From Catajapyx aquilonaris (taxonomy: Eukaryota): a DNA stretch of 58,921 bases. The stretch lies in NCBI GenBank assembly GCA_000934665.2, contig JYFJ02002333.1, positions 1-58,921 of the forward strand. The letters run 5' to 3'. Shown piece by piece: positions 24,901 through 37,522 of the stretch. The notes below the pieces were generated by a model that saw only the letters and a program-made list of their open reading frames with translations, searched no databases and was not told the origin of the DNA. Both the position numbers and the translations under genes were made by a program. Within the stretch, counting starts at the first letter, position 1, and each line of letters begins with the position of its first letter.

Positions 24901-26516
24901 TTTGGCACAGATCACATACACCTTTCACTTGCATGAATGATGCTTGTTTTCTTTTTTTGTATCCTTCGTGTGCCTTGATACTATTTAGCAATATTGTGAC
25001 TGCATGTATTGCGAGCTGCCCAAAGATCACAATTACAATTTAACTGTATTCCTTACTCCTACACTTTTTTCACATTCTGGAAAATAATTTGTGTGGGAAA
25101 TTATTAATGTCCATTGTATTATGCATTTGATACATGGTCCTCTTCTGTAGTTGACTCTAGTCTGCTACAGTTTGTCCCCAGGATCTGGGTAAACTTTCTT
25201 GATAATTGCAGGGTATCACGTGGTACCAGCACTACAGAGGATCAGGAATATCACTCATCGTACCGTATTAGGGCAAAAGGAGCTGATGCATTCTTGGTCA
25301 GAGGACCAAATGATGAACATCTTTTGTAAGTACACAGGATGCATGGAAATGTTATTTACTGTCGTTGACATTGTTATGAACAATGAATAACAAGGACCAA
25401 CAACTTGTTTGGTTTTACTGTCAATCGTGCAGCTCATTCATAAAGCCTCGTTTACATGTGATCTATTTCACGAGCTAAGTGCAGATATGTCATCGCTGAG
25501 TGAAGTGAGTTATAGTGGTTATGAAGTCATGACACCATGACACAAGCTATAGAGCATATACATCATGCATGTGCTTGCAAGCCGGCGATGTGCATTGCTG
25601 CGGCATGCCAGCGGCATCGCCCATGCTAAGATTGTTTATATTGCTTGAATTTTGCTCCCTCATTGGTCGGATTGTTTATGGCACCATGGATACCCAGCTA
25701 TGTGTGCGGCAATGTACTTCGCCTTCTTCTATTTCAAACAAACCTGACCAATGCTATTGCCGATGCCCTCTCTTTTAAACGTGATTGCTACTTTCGGCCC
25801 AAATCACAGAATTTGTTAAGTTTGCTTTGCTCAGCGATGACATTGCTCGTCAAATCACTCACATGTAAACGTGGATTAATGTGGTAATTGCTTTGCTCAG
25901 CGATGACATTGCTCGTCAAATCACTCACATGTAAACGTGGATTAATGTGGTAATTGCTTTGCTCAGCGATGACATTGCTCGTCAAATCACTCACATGTAA
26001 ACGTGGATTAATGTGGTAATGTTAACCCAGCTTCCTTGGTCTGCTCCATTTTGGCAACAACATGTCAACATAGTAGTCAACAACTTTTAAGGCCAATGCC
26101 ACCATTCAGTTAACTTGACATCAATTCTGCCTTTTGGAATAATTTTGCTGGGCCACTGAGGAAATAACTGCCTTGAGCAGGTTTAAGAGTGTAACTGTAT
26201 GGAATTTAGCCTGAACCACATATGGACATATAGTAGCATTGGGTACAAATTTTCAGTCCACTAATTAAATTTTGTTTTCAGGAGTGATTATGTCACCTGG
26301 AATGGTCCCAATCCAGAACTGTCCCACGGACCTGATCTGTCTTTTCGTCGCAGAGACCAGGTGGCCCCAATTGGCCCACCTCATCGTGAAAGAATGTCCC
26401 ATGGGCCTGACCCAATTCTTCGGAGAGGTCCTGCTAAAGGATTGGCCCAGGGCAGCATCTATGCAGCACACAAGGAAGGGGCAGAGGAGAATCAGGGGCA
26501 AGGTAGGGGCAAGTGA
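15924..26516 (+). CDS. Uncharacterised WW-domain + three CUE-like domain protein (~640-680 aa)
   Basis: Exons 15924-15994, 16421-16598, (16747-16851, less certain), 17678-18063, 20959-21318, 22807-23060, 23459-23630, 24663-24821, 25212-25325, 26282-26516, all in phase. WW: [34 protein letters not shown]. CUE-like: ISAMFPTVSEAHIRDLL, LKNVFPTVEETFLLDLL..NNVQKATEQLL, LTEEFPELPERVVTMAL..EEDRATHLL. Confidence 0.85.
25444..25876. mobile_element. PIF/Harbinger-type MITE (TAA TSD) in an intron of the WW-CUE gene
   Basis: TIRs agcctcgtttacatgtga / tcacatgtaaacgtggat; subterminal inverted atgtcatcgctgag; flanked by TAA at 25441-25443 and 25877-25879. Confidence 0.8.
25822..26019. repeat. Perfect 66-bp tandem repeat x3 spanning the MITE right end, TSD and flank
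   Basis: Unit ttgctttgctcagcgatgacattgctcgtcaaatcactcacatgtaaacgtggattaatgtggtaa, three identical copies. Confidence 0.95.
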
Positions 26517-29500
26517 CCTCAGAGAAGGGCCTCTTGGGCTGGAGGTATTGTAGGCTCCTGCTGCCTATATGTGGGAGGGCCCAACAATGCAGGGAAGAGC
26601 AGGGCCAGCTGGCAGGGATGGACTGCTCCAGAAGAAGTTTAGATGTTAGATTAGCAGAAACAGAATTGTCACAATGTTCACTGTATATGACTGGCCTGAT
26701 TATTTAGTTAATTTCCTATTGCAGACATTGTATACCAATACTATCAGTTTTGTAATGTGCAGGGAACTAGTGTTTCATTTATCGAGAACAGGTACAGACC
26801 TAATGGTTTAATTTGTGCCAATCTTAATCGAGAGGAGTAAAAATAAATTGTGACGGAGGGATGCCTTCGGGCAACATTTTGGCTGTGTGTAGCCAGTTGC
26901 AGAATTAACTTTGTAACATACTGTGTAACTGATAAGCTAGTAATGTTCAATTCTTTCTGGCACACAAAATCTTATTTTTTCACTTCAGCTTTTGTGGTAC
27001 ATCTTAACCAGTTTTGCACAGGGGACTGGATCATTGTAACATTCAGCACTGTTTCTCTCTTTCTTATCATGCTAAAACAACTATTGATGAATTATTATTA
27101 TTATTATGGTACATGCGGAAAAAAACACTGCTGTTAGCACTTTATGCCGTGTCTGTTCATTGCATGAGCAATTTGTTTTACTGTACTGCTAGAATTGTAT
27201 GGAGAGTGGAAGTATGTGATATTTTGTGAAAGATCATTTATGAATGTATTGATGGCATTGTTTCCATATCAGCTGTAAAATATTCTGCAAGATTTATTGA
27301 TATGCTTCGAATCCAGTACTTGCGGGATTTATAAGAACATATGCAACATAATTATGTAACTGAACAGAATCTCATAGACACGCTGACCATGTGGTAAGGA
27401 GAACAGCAAAGGTTATTCACCTTTAGAATAGGTGGGGGTGGTAAGGTGCAGAATCCAGTCATGCTCACTACAGAGGCAAGGTCCAACTCTTCCATGACGC
27501 CTGGAAAAAATGAAAAACCAGTTTTTTTTCCACAAAAAAGGCAATATATTTTTCCAGGCCTTAAAAACACAAGTACTGTGCTGGAGAAACTGCCTTCCAT
27601 GTCTGCAAGCAGCACACAGTGGGCATGGGTGGAAGTGTGCATGACTCAGCCTGGCAACCCACTTTTGCAAAGAGTGAGTCGTGCATCCCGCCCATACTTG
27701 CTGCGGCGCTGCTTGTGGGGGTACAAGGCAGTTTTTCTATCACTCTCCAGACCACAAGGGATGGAAACATGGATTAGTGGTGTTGTCTTGGTGCAGGAGA
27801 CAGGGGGTAGCAAGAACTTTTTGCAATATGGTCTTGTCCAACCTACTTTTTAATTAATGTTTGAAAGTTTATATAACCTGTGTATAGCGGAATTGCACAG
27901 GAATAAAAACCTTCAGTCACAAGGAATTATCTCTGCCAGAAAGCAATGCTTATAAATCTAATGTATTCTCGTAAAATTTCCCTTATAACCTTGGCTATTC
28001 TTCTTTGAAATTCTGTGGTCAAGTGTGAGTGGCAAAGTAGTAGCTAATGATTATGTGATGCACATTGAGTGTCTTGGAAGTGTTTCCTGAGTTCTTCTAA
28101 TATCATATGGGTATCTTGTTTTGGTCTGTAGCTACAAGCATAACTTATGTAACATTTGATGTCAACTTATATACTGTACATACAGTATAAGCTTCGTATT
28201 ATGTCCATTATAATGTCCACCTAATGATTTCAAACAGATTTAATGTATTGCCATAATGAGCTTGATGGCTCACAATTTCTCACTCAAGGGATTCTTCCAT
28301 TAGTTTCAGGATCTGCTGCCTGATGCCAGTTGTCACAATATTAAGTCAGGTGTAATGTTGTTCAAGTATCATTCTTTCCTACTTTGTGAAAACTTATTTT
28401 GATCATCAAAAGCACAAATTCTAGTCAAAATATGTTTGCAGAACATTCTTTTATATGTTGCCTGCCAAAGAGCTTTTATTTTTAATATTGTTGTTATTAA
28501 TGTTGTTCCAACGTATGTTTCCTCTTTATGTGATGTACATTTATGTAAATTGTCATGTCGAACTTCTTTATTCTGAATTTGGGAGAAGTGATTTTGCAAA
28601 TGTGAGCTGTTGAATCTCCCGATCTGCCTTCTGAGCCTTCGAAAGTGGTCACACGTAAACTGCCTCAAATAAAGCAGTGCCATAAAAATTAGTCGAAAAA
28701 TGTAGAAGCAAGGAACAGATATATTTTTGTGAATGCTAATCTTACAAGTGATCAGTGGTGTGTGTCATAGGTAGCCTCTCTATAGCCTATATATCTGCAC
28801 ATGCTATGTTCAAATCACGGCCTTGGTACAGTGTAGTCCGAAGATCAATTGTGAAATTGTAATTGTGCATAAAGTGGATTAAATTATAATTCACCAAGTC
28901 ATTGCTACTTTATTCATAACAATCTCAACAGAATACGATATTTGTCTGGATTCTGTTGACTCCATATTCACAGGAAGTGACCTGTCTGCCCAATGCCAAG
29001 TTTTATTTGCAACTGGTTTGCAATTGGAATTCAACTGGGCCAAAGGCAACTTAGGAAGGGATAGTCTCGTAACTGCAGGCGGGAATACAGTGCCAGCAAA
29101 ATGCATCCAGGCTGAACAAGTAAAAAAGTTTGAAGCCTGTTGACAATGGTGACAATGGCTAGAAAATGGAGGGTTTTGGGGTTAACAGTACCCCCCATGG
29201 GTTTGACCATGTGACAGCCTATCACCACTGAATTCATAGGTGGAAGCAACCAATACTAATTTGCAGAAAGATCAATATCAAATAGATATCCCAATTTTTC
29301 CAAAAATGCAGACAGGAAGAAAACTAGCATTATGTAGAGCTAGGCTGTAACTTGTGTTTACAGCTGCATTTGCTGTAAGTACACGTCATCTTCCAGCCAG
29401 AAGTGTGAGGTCTTGGTCGCAAATAGGCTCGTCATAGTCTGGACAGGTCACTTCCCACACACATTGGAATGGGCATGTAGAATAAGTATTCTGAGTTATG

Positions 29501-29639
29501 GCTTTACTGCTCCATGGCCTAAACATTACTCAAGGCAAGAAGTGTATCTCACAATCAGTGTACCGAATGGAAAAATGGATTGCAATATATCAATTAAGCA
29601 TTTTTTGGGAGTCCTTTTTTATTTACATCTAGATCCAGA

Positions 29640-30855
29640 TCACACTTCATCTTCATTGAGCAGCATGTTAGGGATCCCATCGTTGATAGGGAACTTCCTC
29701 CCGGTCTCGGGGCACACCAGCTCACCGTTGATCACCTCTACTTCCATCAGTACGTGATGAACCTTCTTCAGAAAGTCCTCATTGTCCAAGTCATCAGATA
29801 CCTTGCGAGGAAGATCACCCAGGTGGCCAATCTGAAAGAAGTATGGATTACATTTTGTCCTCAATCCTTTAAGTTATTAAAGGTAATCTTACAATATCAC
29901 TCACATTTTATCACTACATTTGGTTCAAACTCGGGGAACTAACAACAGACCCTGGTTACTATGAACAGTCTCGATTAGTCTTATTATTCCCCTTTTTGAC
30001 ATCCAAGCTACTTTGTTCCAAACGTAGCCACATGGATGCTTCTCACACAAGTTTGACTATTGACTTGAGGATATACAATCCTGCAAAGTTAACCTTGCAC
30101 AGTGGTCAGAGCATGCTACACCTTAGGCTGGGTTCACACTAGGCGTTTTTGTCGCCTGCGACTTTGTTGCCGCGTTTTCGTCGCTGACGCCTCACGAGGT
30201 TCACACTAGGCGTTTTTGTCGCGCGTTTTGCTTCCTCTACTGATGCAACCCGAGCAGCGTTGCCAACCTGACCCTTAGCAACTACCGTTCCAGAATAGTC
30301 AAAATTAAACACTTTTCACGCGACTTTGTCGCCAGGTGTGTCTGCCCCAACTGATTACCATGTGTTCAGTTTTCAGTGACTTTGTAGTGGCGTTTTTGTA
30401 GCGGCAGCAAAAACGCAGCATGCTGCGTTTTGCGACGTCCAAGCAGGAAAGAAGTCGTGGTGTGTCATGCCCCATAAGTTTGCATGTGTTTTGTTTTGAG
30501 CGACTTGTCGCGGCGTTTTTGTCGCGCGACAAAACCGCCTAGTGTGAACCCAGCCTTAACCATGCATTACAGAAAGAGCATGACATACACTCTCGGCAGC
30601 CTTGCAGAGTGCATCCCAGTCAAGCTTGGGGATGATTCGGGAGACGAACTCCGAGTTGAACTCCACCTCGGACACCCTCACATCCTTTGCCTGAAATTAA
30701 TGAGACAGGTCACACAAATCAATCCTGTCTTCCTGTGCTTTGGTGCCTAGTTCTAACGCATTGAAGGCATCACTCACAATGATGCCTAAGGGATACCCAG
30801 TCACCACCCCCTTGATGCACTTGGAAGCCAGCATGTTGTGGGTAAGAAGCTTCAT
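29640..30855 (-). CDS. TRMT112: Multifunctional methyltransferase activator subunit TRM112, 123 aa
   Basis: Exons 30855-30778, 30690-30589, 29831-29640. [62 protein letters not shown]. Confidence 0.97.
30126..30555. mobile_element. PIF/Harbinger MITE (430 bp, TTA TSD) in TRMT112 intron 2
   Basis: TIRs ggctgggttcacactaggcg / cgcctagtgtgaacccagcc; TTA on both sides; one half shared (inverted) with 54056-54627. Confidence 0.92.
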
Positions 30856-31182
30856 CTTGTCGCCCTTCTTCTCCTCCTCCCTTCCCAGTCTTTCTTTCAG
30901 TCTCCGTGGAGTAAATGCAGGTCGGTCGAAACTGTTCTAGCACCACACCGCGTGTGAACCTGTCGGTGTCTGTCGTGCTGCTCGGATCGTCAATCGCGCA
31001 ATGACGTCAATCCTTCACTTGGTACCTCTGCTTTTACCATGAGTTGTGCAACTTCGTCTGGTAAACCCTGATTGAAGATGGCGGCACCCAGGTATGCTAT
31101 TTGCGTCTGAACAACGTGGTCGAGAGGTAGCGGGGTAAAGGTCATCATCTGACAGCGGAGCCCACGTCTAGAAGACTGCAGA
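30856..31182. promoter_or_regulatory. Bidirectional promoter TRMT112/RRP12
   Basis: ATGs 327 bp apart; CpG-rich; CRE palindrome tgacgtca 31002-31009; YY1/Pho-type aagatggcggc 31075-31085; E-box cacgtg just downstream at 31335-31340. Confidence 0.7.
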
Positions 31183-34100
31183 ATGGGGAAATTTCGCACG
31201 AGAGTGAAGGGGACGAAGGGGAAGCGGTGGGGGAAGAACAACAGCTGTGTCAGCAACCCCCAGAGCAGCACCTTCAGGAATGCGACCCAGAGTAACTTCT
31301 TTCAGCAGCCTGCAGGTACGCATTTGGTCCGAAACACGTGACGAATTTTGTAATAATTATTGTGAACCTTTCTGTGAACTGTGAAATGAACTAACAAGTA
31401 AGGCTGCAAGAGAGGGAAAGAGATAAACTGACAGTTTCCTTTTTTTGTGGTATGGCAAACTTAGTGGTATGGAAGTTATGACCACTAGAATAATACATTG
31501 TCGTGAACATTTTCACTAATTATTTGTGTTTGATTTTATTGGCAGGCAAGCAGAGTGGTAGTGGTCTGACAGTAGAAGCTTTGAAACACCACGACACATT
31601 TCTGGGATTTACCGGTAAAGGTGGAGCTTCTCATGATGCAACGGAGGAAGAAATGCAGGATGACTCCAAGACTTGCAAGACATTTGACACATTTGCCTCT
31701 GATTGGACGAATTGCACCAACCCTTCCTTCAATCGCTTACTCCGCAGTTTTCGCCCAGACAGTGCTATCAAAAAAGAGATGTTGGCCGTTTTGGCTGCAG
31801 TCACTGAAGTCATCAAGGCACAGGGTGGACAAGAGACTGAAACGGAATACTTTGGTGCCCTCATGACTGCCTTGGAAGTTGCTGTGAGTGAGGAAGATAG
31901 GAAGAACTCTGTAGCAGCCATTTTAGGACTACTGGCTATGGGCATCAAACGTGTCCCAGACTTGGTGCTGAGAACCAAGTTTCCAGAAGCCTCCAAGACA
32001 CTGATGACGATCTTGGCAAAGAACCAAGACAATGCTGTGCAGGCTATTGGGTGCTTATCTGTAATGTTGCGAGCACAAGAAGCTGGTGCCTGGCAGGAGG
32101 GGTCAACTCTTAAGGTTATGGATGCATTACTAGCCTTCACCATTCACACAAAACCTAAAATTAGAAAGGCTGCACAACATGCAATCCCAGCTGTTTTGAA
32201 AGGGAGCAGGTTCATGACTGGACCAACTGGACATCCTGCAGCAAGTAAGGTAGCCGCCTTCTGTATAGGAAAGCTAGAGAAGAGTGCCATAACAACTGCC
32301 TCTGCCAGTACACTTCACCTGCTGGCTCTCATAGGGCAGGTGATGCCTACCTTTCCACAGACTTGGATCAAAAAGGCCTGTGAAACGATACTGAAGGTTA
32401 TTACCTTAGATGCATCTGGATTGGTTCGTTCAGTAGCTTTCCGAGCCATACACCAATTAGCTATTGCGACACCTGATGCAGCTGATTTCCCACCAGAAAT
32501 TAACTCACAGCTTATAAATGCTTTGTATGATGTACAACCAGCATCATGTAATGATGCCCGTCTTGCCATGTCATGGCTTGATGCTGTTTCATCATGTGTG
32601 GAAAATCTGGCTCGTAATGACGTGTCATTGGCAGGGCGTCATCTCCCACGATTTTTCTCAACTGCTATGGATTGGCTTCAAGTATTGGATCACCAAGATG
32701 TACTTGTTGCTTTAGTGACTACAATGGCATCACTTTTGAAATGCGCAGCACATGGTGACCAAACAGCTGCATCAAAGGTGCTGGAGACACTGCATATTGG
32801 TCTGAAGTACCAGTACCATTCTGTATGGAAGCATGTTCTTTGTGTCATTGCATTGTACTTTGAAGCAGCAAGTGTGCCTGACTCTACCATTTTACCATGC
32901 CTAAAGACAATGTCAGAATTGCGTGACTCGTACCGCTTCCCACACCAGCCTGAATTGGATGGTGCTATTGGGGCTGCCATTAGGGCATATGGTCCAGCAA
33001 CCATTTTAAAGGCAGTTCCATTGGAAATTACTGGTGAAGAAGAAACATACGAGTTTCCACGTGGTTGGCTTCTACCCATCATGCGTGATTACGTATCTCA
33101 CACACAGTTATCATACTTCACCCAACGACTTGTTCCTTTAGCAACCCTGTGCCACAAGCGAGCTACGGAACTTCAAGAGCATGGCTCAAAGGTTGGATAC
33201 GAAGCATATGACTTGCTACAGCGACAGATCTGGTCTTGCCTGCCTGGATTTTGCGATAAACCAACTGATTTGGCAACTAGCCTGCAAGGTATTGCACGTA
33301 CTTTGGGTCAGGCTCTAACAGATCGCCCTGACATACGTCTTGATGTACTTGCTGGCATAAGAAACTTAGTGTCTTCAGGAAACGTTTCTGAAGTTGCTCG
33401 ATTTGCCAAGAACTATCTTCCTTTGCTATTTAACATCTACACCACACAAGGTGAAGCTGAAGGCCACCGTAGAGCAGTATTGGAAACCATCAAATCATAC
33501 TTGAAAGTATCTCCGAACCAGCTGACTACACAAGTGTTCTCTGCAGCCATGTCCAAACTTCAGGCTGAGCCAGAAGAATTTGTGCGCAATGCTTTGTTTG
33601 ACCTTGTACGTTGCCTGCTGCCTTACCAGGACAGTGAAAGTCTGCGGGAGGTGTATAAATTAATTGTGCCACAACTAGATAGTAAAGAGAGGAGTCAGCA
33701 GAAAAAGGCATATCGACTTCTAGAAGAAATATGCCGGGGTGAGAGTGACAGTACAAAGCAATTTTTGAATGACAATGTCGTGGAGCTGAAGATGGTCCTG
33801 CTCAACTCTCTATCATCCTCTGCACCAACTAGCAAAGGGGTATGGTTCTTTTTCATACTCTGTGTTCATTTTTGGAGGGGGCAATGGTACAGGGTGCTAA
33901 TACAATGGAAATTTAGTTTTTTCTTTAATGAAAGGTGCCTGATTGTCATATTTCCCGTGTGAAACAACCAATTGTTTCTCTTTGCCAGCCTCGGTTACAA
34001 TGTGTGCTCCACCTGGTGCGTCACTTGGATGAGGATAACGAAGACATTGTCCCTGTGGTTGTACCAGAGGCAATTTTGTGTTGCCGGGATGTCAATGAGA

Positions 34101-37100
34101 GGACACGACGTGCTGCATATGAGGTGCTTGTAGAACTTGGACACACCCTACACCGTTGGGCTGGCGGAGGCGATGATACTGCAGGGGAGAGCCTCAGGAA
34201 GTACCTTCAAGTGGTGCTAGCTGGGCTAGCAGGCTCACCAACACTGGTTTCTGCTACTTTGTTGGCTCTCTCAACACTGCTGTTCCAGTTTAGGAGTAAG
34301 TCCTGATTTATTTATTTTTTCACTAACAAGTCAGTGAATGACAAAGAGTAGTCATCATTAAGTTTGGTACACTATGTGTTATTAATGCAATGTAGGCCTA
34401 TTACTGATACCAAGAAATATGTATGACATCAAACATTCGTTTGTATGTGCCTAATTCTGCAGGAACGATTTATTCTAACATTCTTGTAGATTTAAACAAG
34501 CGATAAAGTGGCGTTTAGACGAGGCAACTTGGTTGCAGCCACGTTGCATGCAACCAAGTTTCCTCGTCTGAACACCACTTAATGCTCAAGTAGTTGCATA
34601 GGGTGGTGTAGTTAGATCCTGCAAAGGTGTGTGCTGAACTCTTTTTTGAGAAATTGTTGAGGAACTATTTGGCTATTGTTTTCAAGTGTGTGGTCAATAC
34701 ACAAATTTTGTTTCATGTAGAATCTCTCCCGAGCGACGTTCTGCAGCTGCTAGTGGACAACACATGCCTGCTGATGACCTCAAGATCAAGAGAAATTGTT
34801 GGATGCACTCTGAGTTTCATCAAAGTGTTCTTGAGTGGGGCTACTGCTGACATCAACCTTCCCTTTGTGCCTCAAGTGGTAAGTTGACTTGATACAGATA
34901 GGCCCTGTTTTACAGCAGCGTTAGGTTCCGGCAAGACAATGTCTTAAATGAAACGTAAACTGAGGCCTACTTGTCTATATTCATAGACCCTGCCACAATG
35001 TGCAATGAAAAACAAGAATCACCTCTAGCGGGTTGGGATTCCGAGATGTTGCACAGCTTCACCAATATACTATGTTTTGATTTTTTCTAGTTTTTCATTT
35101 TTTAGGTAATTTTGAAAGGGTCATTGATGTGAAACGTTGTAAAATGATGCTTGCCTGTATTAATATGATGATAATTAAGTGATGGTACATTTTTTACCTA
35201 GCTATTGGGGGATGGGAAGCTGGATGTGTGAAGGCAGAGAGGTAATAGGAAGGAGGGGAAGTAGGAGCTGCAAGGAAATATATACTATTTTCATGCCACC
35301 ATGAAATGCAGTGAAATATGCCATGTGTCAACAAATTCAGCTCACATCATCAAAATAATACTACCAATTACATTCTAGCCTCTGTCTTAAATATTTACTG
35401 CATTAATTTTGCTGTAGATAGTGATTTAAAGGGCAACAATGCATGGGATGATTAATATAGGGTATTAAGCATGCCTTTGCAAAAGTAAATGGCCTGGAAA
35501 TTTTTGCAAAATCAAAAACGGTCAAAAATTCTGCATAGCTCCTAAGCAATGTATTTGCTTATATTACGAATATAGAAAGGTCTTACTTTTGAAGGCTATC
35601 AGTTTGCATGCTGGCTGCAGATATTATTTTGAGGATCTGTATATTCTTCCAGGTGACAGGACTGAGTGAAATGTCTGAAGACTGCAAAAGGCATTTCCGA
35701 ATCAAGATGCGTGACCTGTTCTCCCTTCTGGTGCGCAAGTTTGGCTCTGAGACAGTGGACAAGCTCATCCCAAAGAGTGATTTCGTCCTGCAGAAAAGAT
35801 TGAAGAATGTGAGAAAGTCAGAATCACGCAGGAAGAAGCTTCGGAAGGAGAGAAAGCGGAAAGGAGAGGAGGAGGAGGAGGATGACAATGAGGAATCAAT
35901 GCCACCTAGAGGAGAAGGGTATGATTCATCTTTTGTGAGATGTAACAAACTGTTGTAGAGCCAAGACAGATGTATGGTTAGTTTGTTTTGTAGAAGTCGA
36001 GGAAATTAATGCCAGGAAGCTATAGATGAAAGACAGAAAGGCTGGAAAGAAAGGGGATCTCTTTTGGTCTGGTCCTTGCCGTGTAAGGCCTGTCCATTTG
36101 GGAAACTATTGGAGTGGCTAAGCTATCACAAGCGTAGCTCTTGTGGTTGTCAGAGTGTACTATTCCCACCACCAGAACGAGCTTCTGGATGTTTATTCAC
36201 TTAGCCTGGGCTCAAACTAGGGAAGTTTCCCAGGGAACATGTTGCAGAAGAAGAAAAAGGGATAATTTCTGTCACAGCCAGCAATAGGCTGCTCTTGCAA
36301 TCTGAACCCACTATATTTTGGTCGATCTTCAAGTTTGTGACCAGCCTTCATTGACCTACCTTTTCAGAGAGTAACTTCATTGCATATGGTCATGCAACGT
36401 ATGTAAAATTACAATTCTCTTACACCATCATGCCATGGAATGTGCATTAAGAGAGATTAACTGCTGATTTTTGGAAGATTTTTGTTGAAAGATCTATCAT
36501 CCAACTGCTGCTTGTTTCAGTCTTGATGCAGTTTTGGAAGACAGCGACTCTGAAGCTGAGGGCAAGGAAGTATCAGCAAAGGGCAAAAGTTACAAGAAAT
36601 CTGCTGCATGGATCCAGGAAGGGGCAGATGAGATAGTTGATTTTCTGGAGCCATCCACATCTCAAAAGATTGCAAGTAAGGAGTGACTGCCAAGTATCAA
36701 AGGCCATACTTGTATCATGATTTTTATTTACAGCTAGCAAGCCCAGCATTAAGAGGAAGGCAGCAGATGCTAATAGAGGTTTTAAAGAAGCTGAAGATGG
36801 AAGACTCGTCATTCATGATGATGAAGATGAGGAAAAGGATGGAAGAAGCTGCCGCAGCTCAGGTGGGCCGACTGTTGTAGGAAATAATTATGATTTAATA
36901 TTGGTACTGAAATGATTTGTTTCAGACTTGGACATAGGTGAGCAAGCAAGCAGGATAGGTGGAAAGAGGAAGAGGAGTATGGATGAAAATAATGAGCCTC
37001 CAAATAAATACCAAGGTAAGTTGTCAGTGTCATTGTCACGTCTTGTGTATTGGTAGTGTGATATGCATAGTGACACCTGTCTGCTTCAGCTGGAGGGAAG

Positions 37101-37439
37101 GGCATACACAGGCCAATTCACCAAAAGCCCAAGAAGCCTCAGAAGACCACTCCAGGGGCAGAATATAAGAATCCCAAAGCATCTGGTGATCGGAAAATCA
37201 AAGGGAAACCAGACCCATTTGCTTATGTACCCATGCAAAGAGAGGCCCTCAACAGGAGGTATGGTCAACTGTGTTTTGACAAACTATTTTGTTTTATTTT
37301 AATTTTCTGTTTTTGTTTTAGGAAGAAGGCAAAGTTTAAGGGACAGTTCAAGGGGTTGGTGAAAGCAGCTAAGAAAGGTGCTGCAAGAGGGGCAGCCAAG
37401 GGTGCATCCAAGAAAGCTAAGGGGAAAAAGAGGCGGTAA
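31183..37439 (+). CDS. RRP12: RRP12-like protein (HEAT-repeat pre-40S factor), ~1272 aa
   Basis: Exons 31183-31315, 31546-33839, 33989-34295, 34721-34878, 35653-35918, 36521-36675, 36734-36862, 36926-37015, 37090-37258, 37322-37439 (3819 nt in phase). Motifs [57 protein letters not shown]. Confidence 0.95.
34507..34579. mobile_element. 73-bp hairpin MITE (Harbinger-like, TAA TSD) in RRP12 intron 3
   Basis: 31-bp arms agtggcgtttagacgaggcaacttggttgca / tgcaaccaagtttcctcgtctgaacaccact (28/31 complementary); TAA on both sides. Confidence 0.82.
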
Positions 37440-37522
37440 ATCTTTAAAACAGATGACAGCAGCTTAGAGTACAGGGATCACAAGAAGACGTGTGTAGTAG
37501 ATACCTCTGACGGCCCAAGTCA

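Noticed and set aside
25822..26019. CRISPR-like array
   Set aside because: Contiguous identical units with no spacers, eukaryotic intron, derived from a MITE end.
27352..27853. ORFs between the WW-CUE gene and TRMT112
   Set aside because: No homology cues or splice-consistent model; likely 3' UTR.
30305..30532. Similar small ORFs here and at 54079-54327 as a gene family
   Set aside because: Both lie in the shared non-coding end of the Harbinger MITEs.
35160..35240. Intronic C/D snoRNA in RRP12 (atgatga)
   Set aside because: No suitably placed CTGA D box or terminal stem.
36318..36364. Y RNA/sbRNA-like stem (ggtcga...ttgacc...tttt) near Ro60
   Set aside because: Only ~45 nt, lacks the bulged C of GGUCCGA and the upper-stem motifs; preceded by a T-run.
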